From IMG/VR virus record IMGVR_UViG_3300028591_000096: 64,000 nucleotides of DNA; one strand, 5' to 3'. Position 1 is the first letter of the stretch, and each line of letters starts with the position of its first letter. This DNA comes from a virus. Lineage: Duplodnaviria; Caudoviricetes. Below, piece by piece: positions 10,815 through 21,738 of this stretch. The notes under the pieces were generated by a model. It was not told the origin of the DNA. It ran no database searches and saw only the letters and a list, made by a program, of their open reading frames with translations. The position numbers and the translations under genes were made by a program.

Positions 10815-11690
10815 ATGAAAAGATATAATTATAAAACAAAGAAAATCTATGAGTCTGTTTCTGTGTTCAGTTTATCACTGGATGAGTTCGACGCTAATGG
10901 TAAGTTGATAGATTCTAAAGACTTTGAAGATACATATAGCACTCTTGAAGATGCTATTGAAGACGCATATGATATTATGACCAATGTAGCAAAGAATGAT
11001 AATATAGATGAAGATGATGTAGCATATGATGAAAACGGTAATACTGTTACGTTTACCGTTGATGGAGTTGGTAAGTGGGTGTTTACTGTAGAAAGTTCAC
11101 AGAATGAATGTGATAATGGTGTTTCTGAATGTGATGAAAATAAGTCTGAGAATAATTATTCTAGTGAAGTTAAAGATGGTAGCATCGAAGATAATGCAAA
11201 CGAATCTGTAGCGGAAAGATTTGCAAGACTTCGTAAGATGTTTGAATCTGATGATTCTGATGATTCTGATGATGAAACAGAAAATAATAACGAAGAATCC
11301 GATGATACTTCAGACGAAAACAGCGAAGAAGATAAAGACGAAGAAATGAAAGCCGTAATCATCACAGTTAAGAAAGGTGATGAAGATAAATGTAAAGACG
11401 AACTCATTGATGCTGGAATATCAGAAGATGATATAGAAATTCTTGAAGCCGACGAAGATGCGGATAATATTGATATTAGAATCGATGTAAATTCTGTAAT
11501 GGAACTTAAAGATTACCTGTCTAAGAAAGGTATTGATCTTGAAGAAGAGATTGGCGGTGAAATTGTAAGTGATGAAGATTCAGAAGATAGCGATGAAGAA
11601 AACGACGATGAAAATAAAGAAGGAGATGACGAAGATGAATTTGACTTCGATAATCTCGGTGATATTTTCGGTGCCGAAGATGAAGAATAA
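10815..11690 (+). CDS. Highly acidic late protein (possible internal head/scaffold-associated)
   Basis: D/E-rich; GATAAATA upstream at 10775; IYES, ANES and MFES resemble prohead-protease sites. Confidence 0.6.
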   Translation: MKRYNYKTKKIYESVSVFSLSLDEFDANGKLIDSKDFEDTYSTLEDAIEDAYDIMTNVAKNDNIDEDDVAYDENGNTVTFTVDGVGKWVFTVESSQNECDNGVSECDENKSENNYSSEVKDGSIEDNANESVAERFARLRKMFESDDSDDSDDETENNNEESDDTSDENSEEDKDEEMKAVIITVKKGDEDKCKDELIDAGISEDDIEILEADEDADNIDIRIDVNSVMELKDYLSKKGIDLEEEIGGEIVSDEDSEDSDEENDDENKEGDDEDEFDFDNLGDIFGAEDEE

Positions 11691-11717
11691 TAAAAATAAA
11701 GACTATTTAATAAATGT

Positions 11718-11746
11718 AGGCGATTCTATCAAGGATCGCCTTTTTT
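11718..11746 (+). terminator. Intrinsic terminator
   Basis: AGGCGATT...GATCGCCT followed by a T run. Confidence 0.75.
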
Positions 11747-11804
11747 ATTGATCTTAAATAAATATATCTTTGCCTTTTTATAAAAAATATGGCAAACTGT
11801 CAAA

Positions 11805-11812
11805 GATAAATA
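11805..11812 (+). promoter_or_regulatory. Putative late promoter GATAAATA (T4 TATAAATA-like); representative copy
   Basis: GATAAATA upstream of late/virion units at 10289, 10775, 11805, 15144, 31438, 42188, 46492, 54507 and 57147. Confidence 0.65.
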
Positions 11813-11857
11813 AAGAAAAGAATTTCAAATTAAAGTAAAATATAAAACTAGAAAGTT

Positions 11858-14353
11858 ATGTCACAAAAAATTAATTTTGCAGACTATCCTGCTTCTGGTG
11901 TTTATTTCATTGAGATTGATAATTCTATAATTTCATCATCCAATGTGCAGACTGCACTTCGTATGGCTGTTGGTTTTAATATGCAGGGACCTTTTAATCG
12001 TCCTGTTTATATTTCTAACACCGATGAGTGTAATAAGCTTTTTGGTCCTATAGACAGAAAGATGGAGCGTAGAGGATGCTGGACTAATAGAAATATCCGC
12101 ACGATGTTGCAGAAAGCACCTGTGTATGTAATGAACATGCTCAATGTTGACACTAGTGATAAGGAAAGCAATAAGGATACTGTTGGATATACACTGTTAT
12201 CGCTTGATCCTAATATCGAATCGCATACAACAAAAGCACCATATGCTTATATGTATGACAGAACTCGTTTCTGGATTGCAGATGATGACGCATTTGTGGA
12301 GAATACATTTATTAATGGATCTGATGAGATGTTGAATAGTAATGACAGTTCTGTTGACGTTGACTCAATTGAAAAGGCTGCTTTGTTCGGTATTTCAAAC
12401 TGTGGTACAAGAGACATTTCTGTTATTGTTAGAAAGTCAGAAGTCGTTAATGGATATAATGTAACATTCCTTGATTACTATGGAAATCAGGACGATATTC
12501 CTTATAAGTGGATCAATCCTAATGATTATGTATCTGAATATTTCGTTGATGTTATCGCTATAGCTGGTAACTGGGATAAGTCTAAGTATGCTTCATTTGC
12601 AAGTGATGTTGTTTGGTCTGGATATTTCTCAGAAGAAGGTCTTATGAAGGATAAACTTTCTAAGTTCCTTAGACTTGATGCTGTTAATATTATAGGAACT
12701 TGGACTGGATGTATTCTTCCTAACTTCACTGATAAGCAAGGAAACATGAAGTCTATTGACTATCTTGTTAATAAAAAGTGTAATGAGACTGGTTTGATGT
12801 TTGGTATTAACCAAAAAGCTCTGGATCTTATTGCGCTAGATGGATCAACATTCTTCTATGATGAGGTTGGTGACGGTAAGTATGATGGAAAAGCTGGTGA
12901 TACAGTTGCAAACTTTATCCCAGACATGGTTGGTCATAAACTTACAACAGATGCTTCTGTTCCGTTCACATTTATGTCTTATAATATTTCTGAACCAGAG
13001 AAGTACATTAAGGTATATGAGACTGTTGATGATGAAGGTATTGATTCCTCTACACAGTTTACTCTTAGCGAAACAGATGGTGTAAATGTAAACATAGGTG
13101 ATTATGTTCGTGCTCAGAGTGGATTGATGACACGCATCATAAAGAAACGTGGCACACGTACAAATCTGAATGATGAAACTAGTGAAATTATCTATCGCTT
13201 TACTGCTGTTGATATAGTTCTTGGTGAAAGCTCACAGATGAATATTGAGATACATAAGTCATATAAGAATATGTATGATACACTTACTTTGTTCGCTCTT
13301 AGCGGATTGAAGATATGTAACAGACATATGCCTGGATATGATAAGGATGGTAACATTGATCCAGAGGCTGGTGTAGAGAAGATCTATTCAATGTTGAATG
13401 ACAAGGGTATACGTAGAGGTCTGTTGAATAATGATTCTATTGAATTCCGTTATCTTGTTGATACAATGGCTTATGGTCTTGGTGAGAATTGTGGTGGTAA
13501 AGTTCACCTTGCAAATCTAGCACTTGATAAGAAGCATTGTACTGCTCTTCTGAATGCACCATCTATGACTCAGTTCGCTCAGTCTGATGCTCCATTCTTC
13601 GGAGATGATTGGGATAAATCAATGGGTGATTCTCGTCCTACGTTTGATGTTGCTTATATACCACAGGGTGGTAATCAGGATCTTGTTTATCCTGACGATA
13701 CAAAATCCTTCACCCTTCCTGATTTTGAAAACGGTGCAGATCATATAGGTGTATTCTCTCCATTCTTCAAGTATGCGGACGGACAGAGAACAATTCTTGT
13801 TCCACCAGCAGCAGATGTATCTAACACATTTATGAACAAGTTTACTGGTGGTGATCCTTATAAGACTGTTGCTAACATGAATGGTATTATAAATAATGTT
13901 CAAATTGTTGGTCTTGAATATGATTTCGATGAGACAGATAGAGGATATATCGAGCCATTCGGTATCAATCCTATCATTAATAGAAATGGAAACATTCTTA
14001 TATATGGTGACAGAACTGCATATCAGATTGTTAATTCAGATTTAAGCTTCTTGCACGTAAGAGAATTGCTAAACACAATTCAAATTAGTTGTAAGGCTGT
14101 TCTTGATGAATATGTGTTCACTTATAATATACCTACAACTCGTGCAGAAATTATCACACGTATCAATCCTATCCTTAGCGCAATGAAGGATTCTGGTGCT
14201 CTTGTCAAGTATGAGATTGAATGTGATGATCTTAATAACGATAAGGAGGTTATCGATAATAAGTTCTGTATTGTTGATATTGGTGTTTGGGTTTCACAAA
14301 ATATGGAAAAGATCGTTGTTCCTATCACACTCAACCGTTCAACGACCGCTTAA
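11858..14353 (+). CDS. Tail sheath protein (gp18-like)
   Basis: SGVYFIEIDNS and GPFNRPV at the N-terminus; VPPAADV, GINPII, LSFLHVRELL and NNDKEVID at the C-terminus. Confidence 0.9.
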   Translation: MSQKINFADYPASGVYFIEIDNSIISSSNVQTALRMAVGFNMQGPFNRPVYISNTDECNKLFGPIDRKMERRGCWTNRNIRTMLQKAPVYVMNMLNVDTSDKESNKDTVGYTLLSLDPNIESHTTKAPYAYMYDRTRFWIADDDAFVENTFINGSDEMLNSNDSSVDVDSIEKAALFGISNCGTRDISVIVRKSEVVNGYNVTFLDYYGNQDDIPYKWINPNDYVSEYFVDVIAIAGNWDKSKYASFASDVVWSGYFSEEGLMKDKLSKFLRLDAVNIIGTWTGCILPNFTDKQGNMKSIDYLVNKKCNETGLMFGINQKALDLIALDGSTFFYDEVGDGKYDGKAGDTVANFIPDMVGHKLTTDASVPFTFMSYNISEPEKYIKVYETVDDEGIDSSTQFTLSETDGVNVNIGDYVRAQSGLMTRIIKKRGTRTNLNDETSEIIYRFTAVDIVLGESSQMNIEIHKSYKNMYDTLTLFALSGLKICNRHMPGYDKDGNIDPEAGVEKIYSMLNDKGIRRGLLNNDSIEFRYLVDTMAYGLGENCGGKVHLANLALDKKHCTALLNAPSMTQFAQSDAPFFGDDWDKSMGDSRPTFDVAYIPQGGNQDLVYPDDTKSFTLPDFENGADHIGVFSPFFKYADGQRTILVPPAADVSNTFMNKFTGGDPYKTVANMNGIINNVQIVGLEYDFDETDRGYIEPFGINPIINRNGNILIYGDRTAYQIVNSDLSFLHVRELLNTIQISCKAVLDEYVFTYNIPTTRAEIITRINPILSAMKDSGALVKYEIECDDLNNDKEVIDNKFCIVDIGVWVSQNMEKIVVPITLNRSTTA

Positions 14354-14379
14354 AATAAAAGAAAATAAGATTAATAGAT

Positions 14380-15012
14380 ATGGCAAATGATGGCACTGGA
14401 TTGACTTCCGTCGGACTGATGGGACTTCCTCACTTTAAGACATCTCGTGTTTCTATGGAGATGTACGAGCCTGTTTATCAGAACTTGTTTACTGTTGAAT
14501 TCCAGCTTCCAAAGGGCTTGACTGGTACAGGCGGTGTTTCAGACGATGACAAGAACCTGTTACTTGAAGGTGTTCAGAAGGTTGATGGGTTGGATACAAA
14601 CAAGGTTCCAAGCACAGCACTCCAGCACTATAAGTTCGCTGATCGAAGCTTTGCTAACTCTGGTACAGAAACGACGTATATCGATGTAAAGCTTGATTTT
14701 GAAATTAACGTGCGTGGATCCGCAGCTGGATCTCCTGATATATACACTTTGAAGATTCTCAGAAGATGGAACGATCTTATATGGGATCCTCTTACTGGTA
14801 GACAAGGGTTGAAGGTAAATTATGTAGCTCCTACTGTTACTGTAACAATACATGATAAGGCTAATCAACCTTTCTGGCAGTGGACTCTTTATAATGTATT
14901 CCCAACTACAAATCTTCCTGTTCCTCAATTGGAATATTCAAATAAGAATACACTTTATAAGGTTACTGGATATACGTTACGTTGCGACTATTGGGATGAA
15001 GTAATGTTGTAA
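14380..15012 (+). CDS. Tail tube protein (gp19-like)
   Basis: Follows the sheath gene; EPVYQNLFTV, WNDLIWDPLTG, WTLYNVFPT, CDYW. Confidence 0.85.
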   Translation: MANDGTGLTSVGLMGLPHFKTSRVSMEMYEPVYQNLFTVEFQLPKGLTGTGGVSDDDKNLLLEGVQKVDGLDTNKVPSTALQHYKFADRSFANSGTETTYIDVKLDFEINVRGSAAGSPDIYTLKILRRWNDLIWDPLTGRQGLKVNYVAPTVTVTIHDKANQPFWQWTLYNVFPTTNLPVPQLEYSNKNTLYKVTGYTLRCDYWDEVML

Positions 15013-15173
15013 TAGACAGACTTTAAACTAGTTACAATTATATTTTAATTCAATGAAAATGAATCACATTACGTGGTTCATTTTCTTTTTAGTATATAAT
15101 TTAATCTCAGTGAGATTAAAAATAATGATATTGTGGTTTTTAAGATAAATAGTAAAATGTTTAGATTAAAATA

Positions 15174-18100
15174 GTGCAAAATACTATAGACATATTATCA
15201 AGTATTAACATTACCGTTAAAGAAATAGCAAAATCTATGGCTCCACAAAATGGTTCTGGTGAAGCTGCTATGTCTAAACTTTCAAAAGGTAATGTTACTA
15301 CTAATGCTGATGTTAATCCAGCTGCTGATGTAGCAAAACCAAATATATCAAAAGCTAACATTGGTGATATAATAAGTGTTCTTAATACTTTATCACCAAG
15401 TGTTTTGAGTATTGCTAAGCTTTCAAGATCTAATATTAAGAGATTTACAAAGGTTCTTGATACTATAATTAAAAGTGTCAATAAGTTATCAGAATGTGCT
15501 AAGAACAATAAAGATGCTGTAGCTAATGTTAAAATAATAACCGAATCGTTTGATATACTTAATGATTCTGTTGGAAAAGGTTCTGGGCTTGTTGTTAAGG
15601 CTCCTATTGCTACGTTAGGATTAAAGTTGGCTAATGGTACTATAAAGGCTATAGGTGCTATACTCACAACTGTTTCTAATATGTCAAATGTTAATGGCAG
15701 AATAAAGAAACTTAATAACATAACAAAGGTTATAGATCCTCTTATAAAAGTTGTTACAAAAGCTGCATTACTAGTTGGTCTTTGTATGGGTTTGGGTATT
15801 CTTCTTATGATTGGTCCAACAAAAGATTTAATTATAGGTGGACTTCTTGTTCTTGGTGCTGTTCTTTTAACTACTACTGCTATAATTCTACTAACTGGAC
15901 TTGCTGGAAAATTAATAAAGGGTGTTGGTGCATTTGATGCATTAAAGGACATAATGGCACTTACGTTAGCTTCAATATTACTTGTCGCCGTATGTTTTGG
16001 ATTAGGTATGGCAATAGAAGCAATGGGGGGCTGGAAATCTCTTCTGTATGGACTTGGTGTTCTTGGAGCTGCGTTGATAACGCTATCTGTTATATTCTGG
16101 ATTGTTGGTAAAGTAGGTAAGGTTGCTACATCCGCAGAAACAATAAGATCATATGCTGGTATTTTTGCACTTACGATCGCATCAATGATACTTATTGTTG
16201 GTGCTAAATATCTTGGCGATTACGCCACTGAACATTATGGGTCTATATTGATCGGTCTTGGGTATGTCGTAGTAACGATGTTAACATTAGTTGGAATTGG
16301 ATGGGTTGCAAACAAAGTACTTTCAACTGCAAGACGAGCAATGATATCATTAGCAATACTTGAAGGATTAGCGTTAGGTGCTATGGCATTAGTATTTGTT
16401 GCTAGTCAACTTTCAGATATAACAAAAGGGCATGAAGGTGACATCTTAGCCGCTATAGGGTTGTCAATGTCTATAATTGTTGGTTTTGGGGCTTTGGCTG
16501 CTTTGGCTGGAAAGTTACAAAAAACAATTACGTCTGGTGTTGTTGCTATTGCTTCAATTGAACTTCTTGCAGCTAGTGCTATTGCTATTGCTGGTATTGT
16601 TGTTGGATTGGATTATATAAAGACACAGAACAATATAACATGGGAAGATCTTTATATTGATGTTCTTGGTGTAATGGGAATAATTACAGCATTTGGACTT
16701 TTAGCTGCTGCCGCTAGCTTTATTCTTCCAGAAATAGTGCTTGGTGTTATTGCTCTTATGTCTGTAGAACTTTTAATGGTTGGAGCAATAGGAGTATCAC
16801 ATTTGCTTATAAATTTGCATAATACCATAACAGAATCTGGAATATCATTTATGGATCTAGAAAAGGATGTGCTTGGCATATCTATGATTATGGGTACATT
16901 CGCTGTTCTTGCTGGTGCTATGGCTTTACTTGCTATACCTATTGCATTGGGTACTCCAGGAATGCTTGCTGTTACTGGATTCTCTCTTCTTGTTATAGGT
17001 GTTGTTCATAGTATAATTAATATATCAAAAGCTATAGAAGAAGCTGGAGGGGCTGATAAAATAGCACAAACGTTAAGCGTTGGTGTTCCAGCAATTCTGA
17101 AAAATATAAACTCTGACAATTTCAGTGTAGATATGGGATTCTTGACAATCACTAAGATGATTGCAAAATATGCACTTCTTGCTGAACTTGTTACTAGCAT
17201 TCTTACAGTAGCAGAGTCTATATCAAAAATTGCACAGATTGTTGGAATAGTTGATGATGCTGGAAGAATTAGACAAATATTATCTATAGATAAAGAAACT
17301 GGAGAAGTAAGATATGGTGAACCAGTTGATATAAAGAATCTTGCTACAGTTATAGCCCAAACTGTAAAGGCTTTTGTTGAGAATAGTCAATATAGTTTTA
17401 AGGACGTTCTAAATATGTATAAAGCAAGAGAAATATTTCAAGTATTATCAGAAATAACTGAGCCAGTATCAAAATTTGTAGAGATGCTTACTGGCTTTAC
17501 AACTGGGGGTGATCCAAATACGCTTGCAACTGTAACTATAGATGAAAAAGGTGAAATTAAGGTAGGAAAACCAGTGAAAATAAAGGATGTTGCTGTTGTT
17601 ATTGCTGGTGCTATCTCATCATTTGTTTCTGAACTTTATAAAAAAGAGAATACAGAAAATTGGGCTGAGCTTATATATGGTGATAGAACATTCTTTGAAG
17701 GATTGTTCGGTCAAACAAACAAAAGAGCAGACTCTGTTAGAGAGGTTGCTGGTGTTCTTGGTGTTATTGTTGAACCTATATGTAAATTTGTAGATATGGT
17801 TTCAAGTCTTATGCCAGGATCAAACGGAACTCTTAGAAAGATATTTATAGATAATGATGGCAAGATACGTATTGGTCCAGAAGTTAATTTAAAACGAACA
17901 GGTAATATTATCGCTGGACTTATCACATCTTTCGTAACAGCTGTGTATAAGAATTCAGATCAATGGAAGAATATAAAATTTGCTGGTGATATGTCATTGG
18001 AGAAATTATTGAAACCTCTTAATGACATGGTTAAGTCTGCTACTGAAATGTCTAGTGAAAAGATAAATGCAGATTTGATAAAATCAAATACAGATGCAAT

Positions 18101-18758
18101 AGTATATTTTAACAGTCAACTTGTCACATCACTATTATCTATAGATACAGAAATAGCAAATGGAAAAGTTGCTGTAATACAGTCTATATTGAATGTTGCT
18201 GGAGGAATATCAAATCTTAGCAGCGCAATAATATTATCTAACAGTAAGTCTATAGTTTCATTCATGACTAACGTTGTGGATAAGAAAATGCCAAAGAGCA
18301 AGCCTACTGTTGATGCTTTCACAAAGAGTATTGAAAATCTTAAAAAATCTTTCAAAAGTCTTGATACGATACTCATTAAAGATGAACATAAGAGAACTAA
18401 AGCACTGGATGAATTTGAGAAGAGAATAAAAGAAATAATAAATACATTCAAGGATGGTAAATCCGCTATGGATTCTTATAATGAGACATTGAAAAATACT
18501 CAGAATTATAAGACGCCAGATTATATCCCAACACAACAGTCTTACGTACAAATTCCTTATGCTCCAACTCAACAGAATAATACTGTTAATCAGAACATTA
18601 ACAATAACAATAATGTTACATCTGATTCATTACAATTTGTTAAATATTTTGTTGACGAATTACTAAGTAGGGGTGTTAAGATCACACCAGATCAATCATC
18701 TGATGCTGGTGGAATGCCAGTTAAGATAACTACTGGGTTTAAAATAACAGGGGGTTAA
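15174..18758 (+). CDS. Tape-measure-like protein with many hydrophobic helices
   Basis: 1194 aa, A/G/I/L-rich central region, located between tube and baseplate genes. Confidence 0.6.
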   Translation: MQNTIDILSSINITVKEIAKSMAPQNGSGEAAMSKLSKGNVTTNADVNPAADVAKPNISKANIGDIISVLNTLSPSVLSIAKLSRSNIKRFTKVLDTIIKSVNKLSECAKNNKDAVANVKIITESFDILNDSVGKGSGLVVKAPIATLGLKLANGTIKAIGAILTTVSNMSNVNGRIKKLNNITKVIDPLIKVVTKAALLVGLCMGLGILLMIGPTKDLIIGGLLVLGAVLLTTTAIILLTGLAGKLIKGVGAFDALKDIMALTLASILLVAVCFGLGMAIEAMGGWKSLLYGLGVLGAALITLSVIFWIVGKVGKVATSAETIRSYAGIFALTIASMILIVGAKYLGDYATEHYGSILIGLGYVVVTMLTLVGIGWVANKVLSTARRAMISLAILEGLALGAMALVFVASQLSDITKGHEGDILAAIGLSMSIIVGFGALAALAGKLQKTITSGVVAIASIELLAASAIAIAGIVVGLDYIKTQNNITWEDLYIDVLGVMGIITAFGLLAAAASFILPEIVLGVIALMSVELLMVGAIGVSHLLINLHNTITESGISFMDLEKDVLGISMIMGTFAVLAGAMALLAIPIALGTPGMLAVTGFSLLVIGVVHSIINISKAIEEAGGADKIAQTLSVGVPAILKNINSDNFSVDMGFLTITKMIAKYALLAELVTSILTVAESISKIAQIVGIVDDAGRIRQILSIDKETGEVRYGEPVDIKNLATVIAQTVKAFVENSQYSFKDVLNMYKAREIFQVLSEITEPVSKFVEMLTGFTTGGDPNTLATVTIDEKGEIKVGKPVKIKDVAVVIAGAISSFVSELYKKENTENWAELIYGDRTFFEGLFGQTNKRADSVREVAGVLGVIVEPICKFVDMVSSLMPGSNGTLRKIFIDNDGKIRIGPEVNLKRTGNIIAGLITSFVTAVYKNSDQWKNIKFAGDMSLEKLLKPLNDMVKSATEMSSEKINADLIKSNTDAIVYFNSQLVTSLLSIDTEIANGKVAVIQSILNVAGGISNLSSAIILSNSKSIVSFMTNVVDKKMPKSKPTVDAFTKSIENLKKSFKSLDTILIKDEHKRTKALDEFEKRIKEIINTFKDGKSAMDSYNETLKNTQNYKTPDYIPTQQSYVQIPYAPTQQNNTVNQNINNNNNVTSDSLQFVKYFVDELLSRGVKITPDQSSDAGGMPVKITTGFKITGG

Positions 18759-18785
18759 AATAATAGGTTAATTAATACGAAATAC

Positions 18786-20648
18786 ATGGCAAAATTAGAT
18801 TTTAAAATATTTAAGACTAACAGAATAGGATTGACGCAGATGTATGAAGATGTTGTCAATTATCTTAAAACTGTTTATGCTGCAAACGATAGAGAGTTTA
18901 CATCAGCATCACCATTTGCTCAGATAATAAACGTTACAGTTAATCTTGGTAGAATGATATTGTTTTATGTTGAGAATTCTATCACAGAGATGAACATTAA
19001 AACTGCATATCAAGCGAGATCAATAAGAGGTTTGGCAGAGTTAACAGGACATTCTCCATCTCTTGGTGTTGCTGCAAGAGGATCTTTGTATATGACTTAT
19101 AATATGTCATCAGAATATGAGGGGCAGACAATATATATTAAGAATTACACAAAGATAACAAACGGATCAAACGGATTAACATATCTTGCTATTTTTCCAC
19201 AAAATACTATGCAGATAACTGTTGGGGCTTATGACTCAAAGGTTGAGATTCCTATAATACAGGGTGAGCTTAAATATCAGCAAGGTACTGGAACAGGAGA
19301 AGCTTTACAGTCATTTAATTTTGCGAACAAAAGAGATTCTATTATAGATGATTTCTTCCTAAACATATATGTTAATGGTAAGAGATGGGAAACGGTAAAA
19401 TCAATACTTGACATGGGATATGAGCAAGAGGCTTGTATTGTAAGAACAAGTATGAATGGTGGGATAGATGTTTTCTTTGGTACAGGAAACAACGGAAAGA
19501 TCCCTGTTCTTGGTTCAACTATATTATGTGAATATATTGTTTGCAATGGATATAATGGAAATGTTGAACAGGTTGGTGATGAGAATTATTGGAGTTTTGC
19601 TGATGGTGGATATGATATTAATAATGATTATGTTGATCTTAATAGCATATATAAATTATCATCTTCTTCTGATGTTTTATTTGGGTCTGATGGTGAAAGT
19701 ATAGAGATGACAAGACAGCTTGCTCCTCACGCATCAAGAAATTTTGTTTTTGCGAATGTTGAAAATTATAAAACATTCTTGTCAAAATTGAATCTTTTTT
19801 CTATAGTAGATGTGTTTTCAGGGTTTAACACAAAGGAAGATATAAAAATAGAAGAAGAATACACAACAAAGAAAGTAGAATATAATACTAAAAAGCAACT
19901 TTACCATGATCAGGTTTCGCTTACTGGAATATCATCAAAGGAATCTCAAGATATACTTAACGAATTAAATAATTTGAAACTTGAGATTGATGCTCTTAGA
20001 ATAAAATATGATGAATCTAAACTTGATGATAACGTGATATATTTGTATCTTATTCCAGATATAACAAAGAGACTTGGTGTAGGGGAAAACTATTTTACAT
20101 GTTCAGAAGATAGATTCAAATTAACAGAAGATGAGAAATCCAATATTATAGAATTAATAGATAATTCTGGGCAAAAAATAATAACAGTTGATAATCAAAT
20201 TATAGATCCAGTTTATGTTAAGTTTGCAATGAACATATTTATACAGATGTGGAGTAATTATGATTTTAACTCAGTAAAAAGTTCAATTGTATCGAGTGTT
20301 TCTGATTATCTTATATCAAATGTTAGACGTGACAGAATACCAGTATCTGACATAATACGTATAGTTGAGTCTGTTGACGGAGTTGATTCTGTATCTGTAT
20401 TCTTTGATGCTGACAAAAACAATCAGAATTATTTTGGAAAAGGTAAATATGGTATAGACCAATATGGCGATATAGTTCTTCAACGAAGTGTAACTGATAG
20501 GTTAGGTAACATGCTTGACATAAATGATATACAACCTCTATTCAGAGGAGGATTTACGTCAATGAATGATGTATATTATGAAGATGATTTGAATTCTATA
20601 GTTGGTCCTATAAATATAACATTGAGGGGCAAAACAAATATAAAATAA
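18786..20648 (+). CDS. Baseplate wedge protein (gp6-like)
   Basis: NIKTAYQARSIRGLAELTGH, VFFGTGNNGKIP, GSDGESIE. Confidence 0.8.
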   Translation: MAKLDFKIFKTNRIGLTQMYEDVVNYLKTVYAANDREFTSASPFAQIINVTVNLGRMILFYVENSITEMNIKTAYQARSIRGLAELTGHSPSLGVAARGSLYMTYNMSSEYEGQTIYIKNYTKITNGSNGLTYLAIFPQNTMQITVGAYDSKVEIPIIQGELKYQQGTGTGEALQSFNFANKRDSIIDDFFLNIYVNGKRWETVKSILDMGYEQEACIVRTSMNGGIDVFFGTGNNGKIPVLGSTILCEYIVCNGYNGNVEQVGDENYWSFADGGYDINNDYVDLNSIYKLSSSSDVLFGSDGESIEMTRQLAPHASRNFVFANVENYKTFLSKLNLFSIVDVFSGFNTKEDIKIEEEYTTKKVEYNTKKQLYHDQVSLTGISSKESQDILNELNNLKLEIDALRIKYDESKLDDNVIYLYLIPDITKRLGVGENYFTCSEDRFKLTEDEKSNIIELIDNSGQKIITVDNQIIDPVYVKFAMNIFIQMWSNYDFNSVKSSIVSSVSDYLISNVRRDRIPVSDIIRIVESVDGVDSVSVFFDADKNNQNYFGKGKYGIDQYGDIVLQRSVTDRLGNMLDINDIQPLFRGGFTSMNDVYYEDDLNSIVGPINITLRGKTNIK

Positions 20649-20825
20649 AGCTGGGTTGAAATATCCAGATTTCTTTTTAATCGTTTTTTAAAAATATGCG
20701 TATAATAATATAAGAACTAACAAAAAACAACTTTATCATAAACAAAAATATTTTTCTGGTATGAAATATAAGTTGTATATTTGCAACAGGTAACAATATG
20801 TTTCACTTTTTTAAAAATTTTTTAA

Positions 20826-21704
20826 ATGACGTTAAAACTAAATTTAAATGGAAGTGCCGATCCATTTATTAATTATTTGAAGAGCTATCTCAGAATTAGA
20901 GAATCGCTTCTTCTTGAAATCGACACAAATCTACGTGCATTCGTAGCAAAAACGTTTACAGAAGACAAATCGTCTATTAGGTTCTCTTCTATTTCTTTTG
21001 ATGATGCAAACATGTCAATTGTATCTGATAATGGTGAAGACGAAAGAAATGGATCGAGAATTAAAGTTGGTATTCTTATTCAGCTTAAGAAGTTTATTCA
21101 GATCGTTGAAAGACTTGGTTCTGATATGAATGAGAAAGGCGAGTCTAATTTCAATATTGAAATTGATTATGAGCCTTTCCAAAATAAAAACGACAAGTCT
21201 GTTGATTTTGTAACTACATCAATTTCATTTAATTCAGAAATTCTGAAGATGAGAATGGACGGATTTCGTGTTTCAGAATTAACTTATCTTTCTGATGATA
21301 CATTTAAGAATGTTGTGTTTAATGCAACAGATGCGGTATCTATTGAAATTAGTTCATCAACAATTAATTCAATCATAAAAACTTCTGATATTGTTAAGAT
21401 TGATGTAAGAAAGGATGCTCTTGTTTTCTATAACGAGGATAAGATTCTTTATGTTAAAGATAGAGGCGTTGGATCTGAGAAGAAATCTAACTTCGTATAT
21501 AAGATTGGAGAACTTGACACTGAACCTCTTTATCCTATTAATATTCCAGTTACAAGAGATCGTTTCCTGAAGATGCTTGATAAATCTGATGAGAATTTTA
21601 AGATCATTATTGGAAAAAACACAATAGATGGTAGTGTTGATCGTGTTCTTTTTGATGCGGTGAATTCAACAACAAAGATTGTTATTGCTGCAATGAATGA
21701 ATAA
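20826..21704 (+). CDS. Hypothetical replication protein, possibly a sliding clamp (gp45-like)
   Basis: 292 aa, beta-rich pattern, early promoter; clamp call is tentative. Confidence 0.4.
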   Translation: MTLKLNLNGSADPFINYLKSYLRIRESLLLEIDTNLRAFVAKTFTEDKSSIRFSSISFDDANMSIVSDNGEDERNGSRIKVGILIQLKKFIQIVERLGSDMNEKGESNFNIEIDYEPFQNKNDKSVDFVTTSISFNSEILKMRMDGFRVSELTYLSDDTFKNVVFNATDAVSIEISSSTINSIIKTSDIVKIDVRKDALVFYNEDKILYVKDRGVGSEKKSNFVYKIGELDTEPLYPINIPVTRDRFLKMLDKSDENFKIIIGKNTIDGSVDRVLFDAVNSTTKIVIAAMNE

Positions 21705-21738
21705 TTAATTATATTGTTTTACTTTAAATATTATATAA

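Noticed and set aside
15161-18572. Minus-strand ORFs inside the tape-measure-like gene, and similar shadows elsewhere
   Set aside because: Antisense to long genes with strong motif or context support.
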